A DNA stretch of 64,000 nucleotides from Octopus sinensis (lineage: Eukaryota), in the NCBI RefSeq assembly GCF_006345805.1, contig NC_043003.1, forward strand, positions 67,766,001-67,830,000, written 5' to 3'. A program made the position numbers and the translations under genes. Every line of letters begins with the position of its first letter. The first letter of the stretch is position 1. Of this stretch, positions 38,431 through 51,783 are shown one piece after another. The notes below the pieces were generated by a model. That model worked only from the letters and a program-made list of their open reading frames with translations. It was not told where the DNA came from and ran no database searches.

Positions 38431-39395
38431 GTACACACGAAACTATGTGTATATGTTTGCATTAACATGTCTGTTCGATTCACAAATGAATGCAAACAAA
38501 GAAACTGAACTCACCAGATCACCAGAACGTTACGGTAACTTCTACAGTCCAACTTTAACTATACACAAAAAAATCACTTTTGATATATACAATGTACGGA
38601 AGAACGCAAGTGGACAGAATTACGTTGATTTGGTTAGTAACACATACACATCACAATAAAGATAAAACCGTGGCTCTAATATTGTAGGAAAAAAATGTCC
38701 CTCACTTAAGAATATCGTTGTATCAATTAATATAAAATGCTGGTTAGATATTAAGGAATTCATCATCCGCTTGATAACCGGTGTGGGTGTGTTTGTGTCC
38801 CCGTAACTTAATGTTTCGTCCAAAGCGACCTATAGAATAAATACAAGGCTTAAATAATATGACATTGGTTTTATTCCTTCGACTAAATATTCAAGGTCGT
38901 GCCCAGTATGACTGAAGTCTACTGACTGAAAGAGGGAACAGATACGATATATGTATATATGTATGTGTGTATATATATATATATATATGTAGATAGATAG
39001 ATACATACATACATATATACATACACTTACATATGCACGCCACATAGAGATAGGTATATACATGCATAAATGCGGACGTAGACATGTGTGTGCGCGAGAG
39101 CGTGTGTGTGAATGCGTGCGTGTGTGGTTGTGCGTCTATGTAAATTACGCCATAATTGATTATTAATTTGAATATATTCAATCTAACAGTATCTTAAACA
39201 GAAAATACTCTCAGAGTTGTATTTCTACTTAGAATTCCATCTCTTTAATATTCAATAAGCTATTGAATAATACAGCTGTAAGAGATGTAGCTTTTCCTCC
39301 TTGACATCGGAAGTATCTTTTATTGAGAATGGAGAGTCATCGTCTTATTGGTTATATGGGAAGCTCTTAAGAATATGAATATTTTGCGACAACTG

Positions 39396-39570
39396 AGGCG
39401 GCGAACTGGCAGGAAAATGCTCAAAGTAATTTCGTCTGTCATTATATTCGGCATTGATATTCCGCCGACGTCCATAAAAAGGGATAACGCTTGAGCCCTG
39501 GGATCGATGGAATCGACTAAACAACACCCCCCAAACTTACTGCCAGTTTGCCAAACATTGAAGGCAACAT
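39396..39570 (+). mobile_element. degenerate family B SINE
   Basis: GGCGGCGAACTGGCAG head and CTGGGATCGATGGAATCGACT block. Confidence 0.55.
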
Positions 39571-39865
39571 TTTACGGCACTTTAGAGGTCTCAAACGTGT
39601 TTCCAAATTGTAATCTAAACGAACTTTTCATGAATTTAATAGTGATCGTAAAACGCAAGGCCGTTTTATGGAAATCGGGGATACACAATATGATATAGTT
39701 TATCGTATATTCAAAAATAAACATTAGTAAGTGGCTGTAAAAAAATTATATGCAACTAAGGAATGCATATTGTGGTAATGAGAACTACTGACAACACAAC
39801 TGGTACAAAATAAGAGCACCTTAGAAATCGTTAAGAATCAATATATACATATATATATATATAGC

Positions 39866-40070
39866 CTTTTATTCTTTTACTTCTTTCAGTCATTTGACTG
39901 CGGCCATGCAAGAGCATCATCTTTGGGCCAGCGAATAGCCCCTGGAATTATATGAGCCTAGTACGTATTCTATCGGTCTCTTAAGCTGAAACGTTAGCTT
40001 ATGGGGACATACATACACATTGACTGTAAAGCGATGGTGGAGGACAAACACAGACACTCTAACATATATA
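39866..40070 (-). mobile_element. 3' half of a family A SINE, cut by the mariner insertion
   Basis: TTCAGTCATTTGACTGCGGCCATGC...GGACAAACACAGACAC, then the mariner TIR in its (TA) tract. Confidence 0.75.
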
Positions 40071-41267
40071 TTGGGTTGGCAACTAAGTTCCCGCCATTTT
40101 TTAATCTGAAGTTTTTAAAAGCTTTAATAAAAAAATAAAAAGTAATTAATTAATAATGTATTCACCCTTGTTGTTAACAACTTATTCCCAAGGTTCAACA
40201 ACATTTTCAATACTTCCTTAATAGAAATCATCCGATTTCGACTCGAACAATTGATACAACTAAGCTCTCAACTCTGCATCAGTATTGAACGAAACTCCGC
40301 GTATGGCATTTGAAAGAGATCGAAAGAGGTGGACATCTGTTGGTGCCAAATCATGAGAGTACAGCGGTGTGGCAGCACTTCGCAGCCAGGCGTTTGAATG
40401 GATTTCTTTGTCATATTGGCGATATGGGGACAGGCATTGTCGTGGAGCAGAAGAACTCAAATCTGCCAATTGGCTCTTTTCTCTTGAGTAGTCGTGCTGA
40501 GTCTTTCCATCTGTTGAACATATATTTCCGCGTTGATCATTTGGTTCCGTTCAAGCAATTCGTAATGGATAATCCCTTCCCAGTCCCACCATACGCCATC
40601 GTTTTACGCGGATGACGATCTTGTTCCACGCGCTGAGTCGCTTTCTTAAAGGGGCTAATTATTTCCTATACTGCTTCATATTGATGCACAGGTACAATGT
40701 TTCGTCGCCACTAACGATCCGATAAAGAATCCACGAGTTGAGCGCTAACGAGCAAGCAAACCAGCGGAGATTTGGCTCGTTGATTTTTGTTGTTATCCCT
40801 TAAATCTTGCGGAACCCATGCTCCATAGTCTGAACCTTTCCCATTGAGTGAAGATGCTTCTCTATAGCAGTGTGGGATCATTCCATTTCCTCTACCAGCT
40901 ACCTTGTCGTTTCATACAAAAGTTGGTTTAGTCGCTCTTCATCGAATTCAACCTGACGCCACGAACGAGGTACATCTTTGATGTCAAAATTTCCATTTTT
41001 TAAACTTGGCATGGCAATCACGATCGGTTCTTTCAGCTATGGCACCCTCTCTATACACATCATAAATGTCGAGAGCAGCTTTTACGGCTTTAGAACCTTG
41101 ATGAAAGGCAAAAAGAAGGAGGTGTCGAAAATGCTGATTTTTCTTAACTTGACATTCCATTTTAATGATCTGAAAATAAACAAAAATCAACTGAAGTTAA
41201 CTAGAAAAATAAACAAAAAATAAGTTCCAAAATTTAAAAAACGGTGGGAACTTAGTTGCCAACTCAA
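40071..41267 (-). mobile_element. near full-length mariner element with a transposase pseudogene
   Basis: TA|TTGGGTTGGCAACTAAGTTCCCGCC ... GGTGGGAACTTAGTTGCCAACTCAA|TA, 1197 bp. Fragments MECQVKKNQHFRHLLLFAF... and PLYSHDLAPTDVHLFRSLSN lie in different frames. Confidence 0.95.
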
Positions 41268-41273
41268 TATATA

Positions 41274-42060
41274 TATGGTAGATTGGCTTGATTTAATTTA
41301 ATCAGGTTAGTTTACCATTAAACAGTAGATGAAACGGTGCATCGTATAAGAAATTACAGGGTAAATGTTTTTTAATTTTCTCCTGGTTTACGGAATTGAT
41401 GTTATTTTGCGGTTAAAGTTTTGGCTGTTATTTCTAGTGGTGAATGGCCTATTAGGCCGTTCCTTGATTGTGATGTTGAACTTAAAAATGGTATATGACT
41501 ATTTAATTTTTTCCCACTAGGCCGCTGGTGGCAAAAAATTCTACAAAATTTTTTGCCACCCTATATTGATTATTATGAATTTTTTGGCTGTAATTCCGAA
41601 TTGAATCGGCGGCTTATATTTATTTGCTGCCGATAAATTGGCGCGAGTGCGATGATTTGAAAATTTTAGGTCAGATATTGCCGAGGCAGGGACGGGAATG
41701 CCTCGTGAAAAATATCTGTTCCGACTTGGCTATTTCTTACTGATGAATCTAAGGGCCTATGGTAGATTGGCTTGATTTAATTTAATCAGGTTAGTTACCA
41801 TTAAACAGTAAATGAAAGGTGCATCGTATAAGAAATTACAGGGTAAATGTTTTTTAATTTAATTTTTTCCTGGTTTACGGAATTGATGTTATTTTGCGGT
41901 TAAAGCTTTTGGCTGTTGGCTGATTTCTAGTGGGTGAATGGCCTATTATGGCCGTTCCTTGATTGTGATGTTGAACTTAAAAATGGTATATGACTATTAA
42001 TTTTTCCCACTAGGCCGCTGGTGGCAAAAAATTCTACAAAATTTTTTGCACCCTATTGAT

Positions 42061-42062
<2 letters not shown>
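41274..42062. repeat. head-to-tail tandem repeat, 484-bp unit, about 1.6 copies
   Basis: TATGGTAGATTGGCTTGATTTAATTTAATCAGG starts at 41274 and again at 41758. The second copy ends in (TA)n near 42062. Confidence 0.9.
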
Positions 42063-42114
<52 letters not shown>

Positions 42115-42609
42115 ACACACATATATATACGGCCGTATTCAAATAACTCAGCTTAGCGGAGCATTCTAAAATGTATAAAACGGAATACGTTAGTCATTGT
42201 ACTACATTTGTCAAGCACTCAACTCGACAGTCCATCAACTCATTTTGAAATCTGATGATTACTACGAATGCATGAAAGCGCTAAATGAACTTTATGAACA
42301 TTACAAAATATTTTTTTGATGCTTAACACACTTCAGCATTGTAAAACACTTTTTTAAAAATATGATAATAAAAAACCCGTAAGCCAGATCATGTCGTAAC
42401 ATTATTTAACTGATGTATACATATATTCTGAGTACGCACATGAATGTGAAACAAGTTGGAACAAGTAGTACACTTATATCGGAGTATAAATAAAGCTGAA
42501 AAGATATCACAAAAACTGTTACTCAGAGCTTAACATTCCCAACAAAAACTGTCCGACGATCGGAAAAGTGAAACTCTAAGTAACAGCCTTTGTGATGTCT
42601 TTGCAGCTT

Positions 42610-43013
<404 letters not shown>

Positions 43014-43644
43014 CGTTTGAATTTACCAGCTAAATAATCAATATTTGTCTTCATATTTTGTAGTTTATAGTAATCGAAATATAATTATATATTACAGTTT
43101 CTAGTCTCCAATATTTGTTCCTAATATTGCTGTGATTGTGTGCATGGCATATGCTGCATGGTGCGCTTTCTTAATAAGACATTTATAACCCAAATTTGCA
43201 ATTATTTCAGAGTTATATCATATTAACTTTAAGTATCTCTTAAGTTCTGTTGTAAATTCGAAGGATCATTATGCATTACTAAACACACTCATCGTTTCCT
43301 TGATGTCCTTAATTATTATATGTCAATTCGTTGATATTTAACTAATTAAATTATCCAGTCCTTGACTCATAATCGACTGGTCGATTAAATAATGAGCTAA
43401 CGTTTTGAAAGTCCTTTCGTAACCCATACACGACCTAATTAATTAAATGTCTTGCGCTTTGTGAGGGGCAGCATATGTGCGTCTCGTAAAATTCAACTGC
43501 AAGCGATTGAGATAAGATTTCAATGCGGCCTCGTAAAGCCCTCACCCGCAACAATTACTCAAACATACCAATGGGTAGAAGGTTAGTCAACTTAATGGTG
43601 AAAAGACGTCATCCAGCAATAAATGGTGGATATAGCGACGAGAC

Positions 43645-43681
43645 ACTACTACTACTACTGCTACTACTACTGTAGCTGCTA

Positions 43682-43719
<38 letters not shown>

Positions 43720-43755
43720 AATACTACTGCTACTACTACTACTACTATTACTACT
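43645..43755. repeat. (CTA)n/(CTG)n trinucleotide repeat
   Basis: Visible directly in the sequence. Confidence 0.95.
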
Positions 43756-44158
43756 CAACATTTAATATGCGACAGATCAAAAATTACCGCAACGTATTAT
43801 TCACTGCCATAATAAGATTTTGTTAACGATGGTTACTCTTTTTTTGTTATTATATTAGTTTGAGTAGCCAACTCATATTAATTATGGACACTTAATATAT
43901 GATATTCAAATATACATAATATCGAAAATAATATTCCATCAACACTGCAATGTATAAATAAGTCAACGAGAAATAACCAATATTTTATTGAATCACATTA
44001 TTGCTTTTCATATCACAAATTAGCAACATTTAGATGGCGTACGTGAGAACTACTTATTTAATACTTAAACGTTTTTATCGGAAATATTGATCAGTATAAT
44101 TTCTTAGATAAGATCAGCTTTTAGAAATGAACCTGTCATACACACACATACCCCCCCC

Positions 44159-44222
<64 letters not shown>

Positions 44223-44554
44223 ATGAATGTATGTTTGCGCGTATGTGTGTGTGTGCGTGTACAATTGTTTATATTGATTTAGTTTGATTTCAAGTACAGC
44301 TTTCGCAAATAAGATGCAATTTCTGATTGAATCGAATCTGATATTATTACTCGTAATTATTTTTCAACACTGGCCTACTGAATGTTTTTGTGAATTATTC
44401 ATTATATATCAATCAGCCAAGTTACATTCAAAATTTTCCTTTTATATATTTGTTTTTCGTACTCTGTACCTACCTACAATTATAATTATATATCTATGTC
44501 TGTTTCTCTCTCTCTTTATCTCCTGTTCTCCCTTTCTATCTCTATCTCTCTCCT

Positions 44555-44587
<33 letters not shown>

Positions 44588-44588
<1 letters not shown>

Positions 44589-44836
44589 GAGGCGCGTGGC
44601 TTAGTGGTTAGGTTGTCAGCATCCTGATCGTAAGATTGTAGTCTCGATTCCTGGACCGGGTGACGCGTTGTGTTCTTGAGCAACACACTTCATTTCATGT
44701 TGCTCCAGTCAACTCAGGTGGCAAAAATGAGAAACACTGCGATGGATTGGCGTCCCGTCCAGCTGGGGAACACATACGCCATAGAAACCGGGACACCGAG
44801 CCCAAGAGCCTGGCTAGGCTTTAAAAGGGTGCATTT
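44588..44836 (+). mobile_element. SINE (family C), near full length
   Basis: GGAGGCGCGTGGCTTAGTGGTTAGG (A box), TCTCGATTCC (B-box-like) and GATGGATTGGCGTCCCGTCCAGCTGGGG body. Confidence 0.9.
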
Positions 44837-44928
44837 AATTATTATTTCAAAGTGCCAGCCTTGTCAGACTTTGTGTCACGATGAATCAACCGAGGACTAC
44901 GTTAAGAGTACAATTTAGAGTAGCATCG

Positions 44929-45011
44929 AGATAAACTTATTTGGAAATGGATGCGTCGCGTTCAAATAATAATAATATCATAATCATAATAATATATATA
45001 TATATATATAT

Positions 45012-45045
<34 letters not shown>

Positions 45046-45107
45046 TATTATTATTATTATTATTATATGATTGAACGCCACGCATCCATTTCCAAATAAG
45101 TTTATCT
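44929..45107. repeat. 37-bp inverted repeat enclosing a microsatellite
   Basis: AGATAAACTTATTTGGAAATGGATGCGTCGCGTTCAA (44929-44965) versus TTGAACGCCACGCATCCATTTCCAAATAAGTTTATCT (45071-45107), one mismatch. Confidence 0.85.
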
Positions 45108-45494
45108 TAATAATTTTGATGCGTACCGTTCTATTTGTCTTCCTTTCTCTAATTATTTTTCTCCCATTCTTCCCCTTTCGTTTGTTTCTCATCCTTTCCC
45201 TAACTCTTTTTTCCCCTTGACCGTTTTCTATCTGTCTCTCTATCACTCCCTCTTCCTCCTTTACTCCCTCGTTGCTCACACGTGACCATATCCGTATTTC
45301 CTTACCTCACGCGATCCTCTTTCTATTACTTCCGTCTGTCGCGCAAGCCAGACGCATTTTTATCTATGTCCTATGTTCTCTCTTGTCAAAGAATATTCCT
45401 CCAGCGTTCGCTACCTTACCTATTCTAGCCTAACGGCCCTCCATGTTTGTTTTCGTTTGGTTTGTTGTATGTCTCCACTGTCATTTGATTGTTA

Positions 45495-45719
45495 CCAACT
45501 TTGACCCTCCGCAAATCCCAAATTTTATTTTGGTCTGCGGGAAGCCTCATATTGTGGTTACTTCTCTAAATGTGGAGTAGATGAACAACCGACAACTGAT
45601 GAAGGGTCCGTCTTTATGTTACTTGTCTTGCTTCCATTTGTTTCTTTCGTTGTTCGCATACTCATTTGCCCTCGTATTTCATGTTGTTTCTGTTCTGTGA
45701 CGTCCTGTACCAATATATG

Positions 45720-45720
<1 letters not shown>
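45495..45720 (+). repeat. interspersed repeat, homologous to 53475-53750
   Basis: Both copies have ACCCTCCGCAAA...CGGGAAG, then CTGA(T/A)GAAGGG, a T-rich body and GTCCTGTAC..ATATATGCA. Confidence 0.55.
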
Positions 45721-45797
<77 letters not shown>

Positions 45798-45799
45798 CA

Positions 45800-46039
45800 A
45801 CGAGATTTGTACTTAAAGACGGACGAAATGCCGCTAAGCGTCTTACCCGATGTGCTCACGATTCTGCCAGCTCGCTGCCTATGTAGCTCTGAAGGTATTG
45901 GTTTACAACTGTGACACAATGCCAGCAATTTCGGGGGAGGGTGTAAGTCGGATACATCGGCCTTAGTGTTCAACTGTTACTTATTTTAGCGAAAACATGA
46001 AAGGCAAAGTCGACCTGGGCAGAGTAGCTTTAAACGTAT
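45800..46039. repeat. 240-bp composite of SINE fragments, copy 1 (copy 2 at 48213-48452)
   Basis: Near-identical direct repeat at an offset of 2413 bp, including the non-SINE linker ATGTAGCTCTGAAGGTATTGGTTT. Confidence 0.9.
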
Positions 46040-46097
46040 ATATAAGTATGTACATGTATGTATGTATATATGCATACACACACGCGCATATACATAT

Positions 46098-46142
<45 letters not shown>

Positions 46143-46443
46143 TATAGATATATATATATATATATATATTAGACGTATGAATATATGTATAAATATATAT
46201 ATGTGTGTGTATGTATATGTGTATAGGTACATATATACATGCATATTTACATATATATATACACGCACACAACCATATATATGTATATGTATAAATATAT
46301 ATATATGTGTGTGTGTGTATGTATATGTGTATAGGTACATATATATATGCATATTTACATATATATACACGCACACACCCATATATATGTATATGTATGC
46401 ATATATGTATGTATGTATGTATGCATGCATGTATATATGTATG

Positions 46444-46490
<47 letters not shown>

Positions 46491-48212
46491 GTATGTACGT
46501 ATGCATGTATATATGTACACGAATGTAAAATTTGCCTGTATATAATCTTGTATGCTTTTGTTTCTGTTTCTGTGAGGCTTTATTCTTAATCCCATTCAAA
46601 ATATATTTTCTCTCCTGAATATTATATAATATTAATTTCAAGACGAAAAGCATATTTGTTGGTGCTATATTCTAAATTTAATTATCGTTCTTTAATATTT
46701 CTCCTAACATGTTTGAGAGTAAACATTTTATATAATTAGATTAGTTCTATTAGGTGCTTCTAACTAATGACATCCTTTGTACTCCCATTTGTAGTATTTG
46801 AACATACTGTTAATATGATTACGTGTTTCCTGGAAAATATGATAATGCGAAAACATCAGGTAAATATAGTGAAAGGCGTCAGTTATGCAAATCCTTATTT
46901 AACTTCTGGAAATTTACTAATAGATAATCTGCCTGGTAAAATTTCATTCACATTATTAGTTTCGTAGTTATATAAGAGAAATATGATAATAAATTTTAAA
47001 ACATGTTAAATATAAATATATATAAGCATCGCCATGAAATAAATTAATTAATTTCAATGCGAAAAGAATATGTCCTTAAGCCACTACGTAATGAGTTATA
47101 TAGTGCATACACTATGCCGTTATCGCTTTCACGAATAAGGGGACATTAATATTCTCATCATTTTATTCGCTTCGGAAATAACAAATGTTAGCGAATGTAA
47201 CATTTCTATATGTTAAAAATTAATCCAAAGTAAGCATTTTAAATGTATACACTATACATTAAAAAATCAATGCTATGTATGCGTTGCCATAAGTTGGCTC
47301 TAATTTGTGTAGTCGTGATGTGACGTAAACTCCAGGTATTTATAAAGTGTATATGCACGGGTGTTTGTGTATCGTATCATCGTTATTTTATATATGTATA
47401 TGAGCGGTTTGTAAGCTTGTTTACGTCTATGAACATTTTACTTGTTTATATACCTAGAGAAGAGATTAATATAACTACTTTCAAATAAGTAACCATCTGT
47501 GACAATCATTTTATAACATAGAAATATTATTTTCATTTGAATTTTCACACTTCAAGACAAATGTCATTATATCTATGTTATTTGCTTATTGTATTATGTA
47601 ATATTCATAAGGAGATTAATTATTTTCAAATTTTCTACAATTATTGAAGCTTTAAATAAAGAGTGATACAAAAGCAGGTATTCAGGTGTGAAAAAAGGAA
47701 GCATCTACAATACTTCGTTTGGGGATTTCGTTTGCAAGATTCTTTATATGAGTTCGTGTGTTGAAGCATATTCTGTTGTTTCTGGGGAGAGTCATTTTCT
47801 TTTTGTGCCTTATAATTTAACACACCGGTAAAAATTTATTTAAGAAATAAGTGGAAATTTTAGCAGTGAGTGTGTTAAATTATAAGTCAAAAAACTAAAT
47901 GACACTCCTCAGTCACAACAGAATCTACAATACTCATTTATGTTTATCATAAATAGTTATGATAAATGCCTTATTATGATTAATGACACTGAAAATATCA
48001 AAAATGAGGCTAACTAATTTAATGTGCTAATAATTTTGATAAATTAAGTATTATAATATCAATGTGATACTTACTGTATACCTAATTTGTACTCAGCTGT
48101 ATGTTGCATTCAGATTATATCACAAAACCAACGATTTTAGGAGAAGAGTGAAGTCAATTACCTCCCTCCCTAAGTACAACTCCCAGAAGAATAAAAGGCA
48201 AAGGCACTCTCG

Positions 48213-48452
48213 ACGAGATGTGTACTTAAAGACGGACGAAATGCCGCTGAGCGTCTTACCCGATGTGCTCACGATTCTGCCAGCTCGCTGCCTATGTAGC
48301 TCTGAAGGTATTGGTTTCCAACTGTGGCACAAGGCCAGCAATTCCGGGGGAGGGTGTAAGTCGGATACATCGGCCTTAGTGTTCAACTGTTACTTATTTT
48401 AGCGAAAAGATGAAAGGCAAAGTCGACCTGGGCAGAGTAGCTTTAAACGTAT
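48213..48452. repeat. 240-bp composite of SINE fragments, copy 2
   Basis: Matches 45800-46039 with only scattered substitutions. Confidence 0.9.
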
Positions 48453-48783
48453 TTATGTATATTTTAATAAACTTTATATATGTAGGCATAAAATTGTTGG
48501 AAATGTTTGAGTCAGATAGAAAATGTTACCAAAAAATTCCTTCAGACTTCAAATCTCGACGTAAACAAATTTGGTTTCAATGAATTTGATGTGGCAAAAT
48601 TAAGGACGTATCCAAATGTGTGGGTGGGAATAATTATGAGAATAGTGGCTCAATTATACAGTATCATTGTGAGTTCGAATCATAAGGATGCAAGACAGCA
48701 AATAATTTTTGAAGTGAAAATTGGTTGAAGGCTAAAACAGAAATATATTTATAAACTGTAATGGTGGTTTTGTTAGAGAGAGT

Positions 48784-49030
48784 GGGACGCATGGCTTAGC
48801 GGTTAAGGTTTTGGACTCATGATTGTAAGATTGTGGTTTCGATTCCTGGACTGGGCGATAAGTTGTGTTCTTCAGCAAAACACTACTTTTCACGTTGTTC
48901 CATTGCACTGAGCAGGCAAAAGTGAGTAATCCTGCGATGGATCAGCGTCCCGTCCAGATGGGGAATTTCTATGCCACTGAAGCCGGGAAACCGGCCCGTA
49001 TGAGCCTGGCATGGCTCGAGAACGAAACAT
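48784..49030 (+). mobile_element. SINE (family C)
   Basis: GGGACGCATGGCTTAGCGGTTAAGG head, GTTTCGATTCC and GGCAAAAGTGAGTAATCCTGCGATGGA body. Confidence 0.85.
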
Positions 49031-49390
49031 TTCTTCTTCTTCTTTGGTACAGATGAATATTCAGAGAACATTTTGGTGCAAGTCCAGCAAGTTTCGAGCA
49101 GGGTCTATGTTGATGAAATTGAGCTTCTTTTTCAACTAGTAATTATATTATTGACACCAAAGGATGAAAAGGAAAGTAAAAGACGTAAAATTTGAGCTCA
49201 GAGTTTAAAGACTAATGAAATGGTGCCAAGCATTTTATGCGGCCTGCAAATGAATCTTCAAAGAAAATAATATATATCAAGATGGGAATCGTGCCACAAT
49301 ATTAGGAATAGTAGAAATGATTTTTGGAACACAAATTAATTTGATACAAAACAATATCTTTTAGAACGTATGATTTAAGTTTCACTGTAG

Positions 49391-49429
<39 letters not shown>

Positions 49430-49869
49430 TCAATATGCCATGGTTCCCAGTGTATCCGCAAACTCTATATTTTTGCTTTGCAACATTTTTAGAAAATGTA
49501 GAACACATTATCAAAAGCTTAATTGTCGTAAACATTACTTCAGAAAAATACAGTCATTTATACATTAGCAAGAATGGATTTTAATGCGATCGCTGCGACA
49601 CGATTAACACATTGATTTCAATTAATTAAATTTCACTTCATAGAGTATATACTTTTATCGTTATCTTTCTCGCATGTAATCCATTTTTTTACGTAACTTA
49701 TGAATGAGATGATAATGGCATTAACAGTTCTGAATTTTGATCCGCACAAAAGCATTTAAATTAAATGATGAGAGCAACTTGAGTATAGTTAAAATAGCTT
49801 GCTATAATAATTTATATTTATTCACCGGATTTTGCTAGCAGGAATATATTGATCCGCCTTATATATATC

Positions 49870-50275
49870 TATCCATGTAACCGCTCGGTTACTCGATGGA
49901 TCATTGTTCTCCAGCCAGTTTTATCCTGGCTCGCTTCTTTCAGATTGGCCATGGCCATTCCCGTGTCACTCTTGATGGTGTCAAGGCAGCGAGTTCTTGG
50001 TCGGCCTCTTCCTCTCTTGCCACTGACCATTCGGAGCATGGTGTCCTTCTCCAGGGATTTTCTCTTCATAATATGACCAAAATATGCCAATCTATGCTTG
50101 GTCATCCTAGCTTCCAGCGAAAGTTTCGGCTTGATCTGGTTAAGAACTTCTCGATCGGTGAGCATCGCTGTCCATGGAACCCGTAAAAGTCTTCTCCAAC
50201 ACTAAAGGACGAATGCATTAATTCTCTTCTGGTCAGCTTTCTTTAGTGCCAAGTTCTTGCATCCATATGTTGATA
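49870..50275 (-). mobile_element. 5'-truncated RTE-clade LINE (ORF C-terminus)
   Basis: YGC..ALKKADQKRINAF.*CWRR.LRVPWT followed by RLAYFGHIMKRKSLEKDTMLRMVSGKRGRGRPRTRCLDTIK...WR, typical of RTE/BovB-like ORF ends. Confidence 0.9.
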
Positions 50276-51535
50276 CATATAAACCAGAAATGAAGAACTC
50301 AAAACAATAAATTTAACAAATATAAATTCAATTCAATTTAAATATGTTATACAAACCAATGATACATCTCATAGGTTACATCTGTTTCCGCTTCATTAAT
50401 AAAACGAAGATTTTCATGAATAATGAAATTCTATTTAAATATGTAATGATGCTTCATCAGATTAACATAACTTCTTAACTATTTGATGTCTACTGTCTAC
50501 ATAATTTGCTTACGGGTTAATTTGAATAATTTTAAATTATATCATAACCAGTCGGAACTTCAAATATTTTAAACTGCGTCAGTAAGACAGAATCTCCCTT
50601 CTTGTTTATATTATTTGAAATTTCTTTGTTTTGTTCTTTTTGGTTTTACATCGATCTATGATGATCCAGCTGTTTAATATATACAATCATATGACAAAAC
50701 TACCATTGTATTTGTCTCCAGTTAATCAGTTATATATCAATACATTCGAATCGTAAATTTATGTCATGAATTATGCTAACATATAGAGAACACCTTTGTA
50801 AGGTGTATCCGCGATAACTACATAGTGTTTCCTATGTCTGATAGAGCTCCGATTAATAATGCATAATTCATTTATATTTTTGGAGAAACTTATGGCTTAA
50901 CATTCGATAAAGTGGAATGTGTGCTTACTATCTGCATATATATACTTATACGCATGTATGTACCATGTATATGGATAGCTGGACTGACGGATTCATACGT
51001 ATGTTTCTTTGTGTGTCCTGGTAAGAATGTATGTATGTGTGTGTTCCACTGACGTACACCACGATGGACATAAATTATAGGCTACAAATGACAGCCTTCT
51101 GGCAGCCTTATCAAGGTGACCTAAAACGTCAGTGACTACTGACACGCTCATCGGAAAAGTGGGATGGAGGTCGTCAGTTTAAAACATAAAATATAAAACA
51201 ATTAAATACGTTATTCTCATGACACAACTGCGATGAGATTTTTTCAGTTTCAATGCAATTCACTTATGTGACAGGTAAACCATGTATTGTAATTCAGTTA
51301 TTTTACTTTTGTTGCGAATTCAACTCATACTTGATGCTTTAGTATATTGAGTTAATTCTTCTCTCAATTTCTTCATAAAACTTAAATCCTTAATGACAGC
51401 ATGTGTGTTAAAATGCATCCGAATTTAATGCCCTGGAGATCACGCTATTTTGACGTAAGTTTAACTGATGTGTGTCAACGTAAGTTTTACTGATGTACGT
51501 GCAAATCTAAAATTTTCTGTATTTTTCCGTATTAT

Positions 51536-51783
51536 AAAAATAAATGCGCTCTTTTAAAGTGTAGCCAGCAACATGGGCCCGGTTTCAATGGCGCATGTGC
51601 TCCCCAGCTGGTTAGGACGTCACTCCATCGTAGCGTTACTCATTTTTGCCAGCTGAGTGGACTGGAGCACGTGAAATGAAGTGTTTTGCTCAGGAACACA
51701 ACGCGTCGCCCGGTCCAGGTATCGAAACCACAATCTTATGATCATGATGCTGACACCCTAACAACTAAGCCACGCGCCTCCAC
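51536..51783 (-). mobile_element. SINE (family C) with 12-bp TSD
   Basis: TTTCCGTATTAT at 51524-51535 and 51784-51795. The body is the reverse complement of the 44588 copy. Confidence 0.9.

Noticed and set aside
41700-41775. Hammerhead at the tandem-unit junction
   Set aside because: CTGATGA and a possible stem II are present, but GGCTT replaces the required GAAA in both copies, and a type II arrangement lacks stem I.
51100-51170. Further hammerhead-like words (TTATCAAGGTGACCTAAAAC, CTCATCGG)
   Set aside because: There are too many core mismatches to distinguish this from chance.
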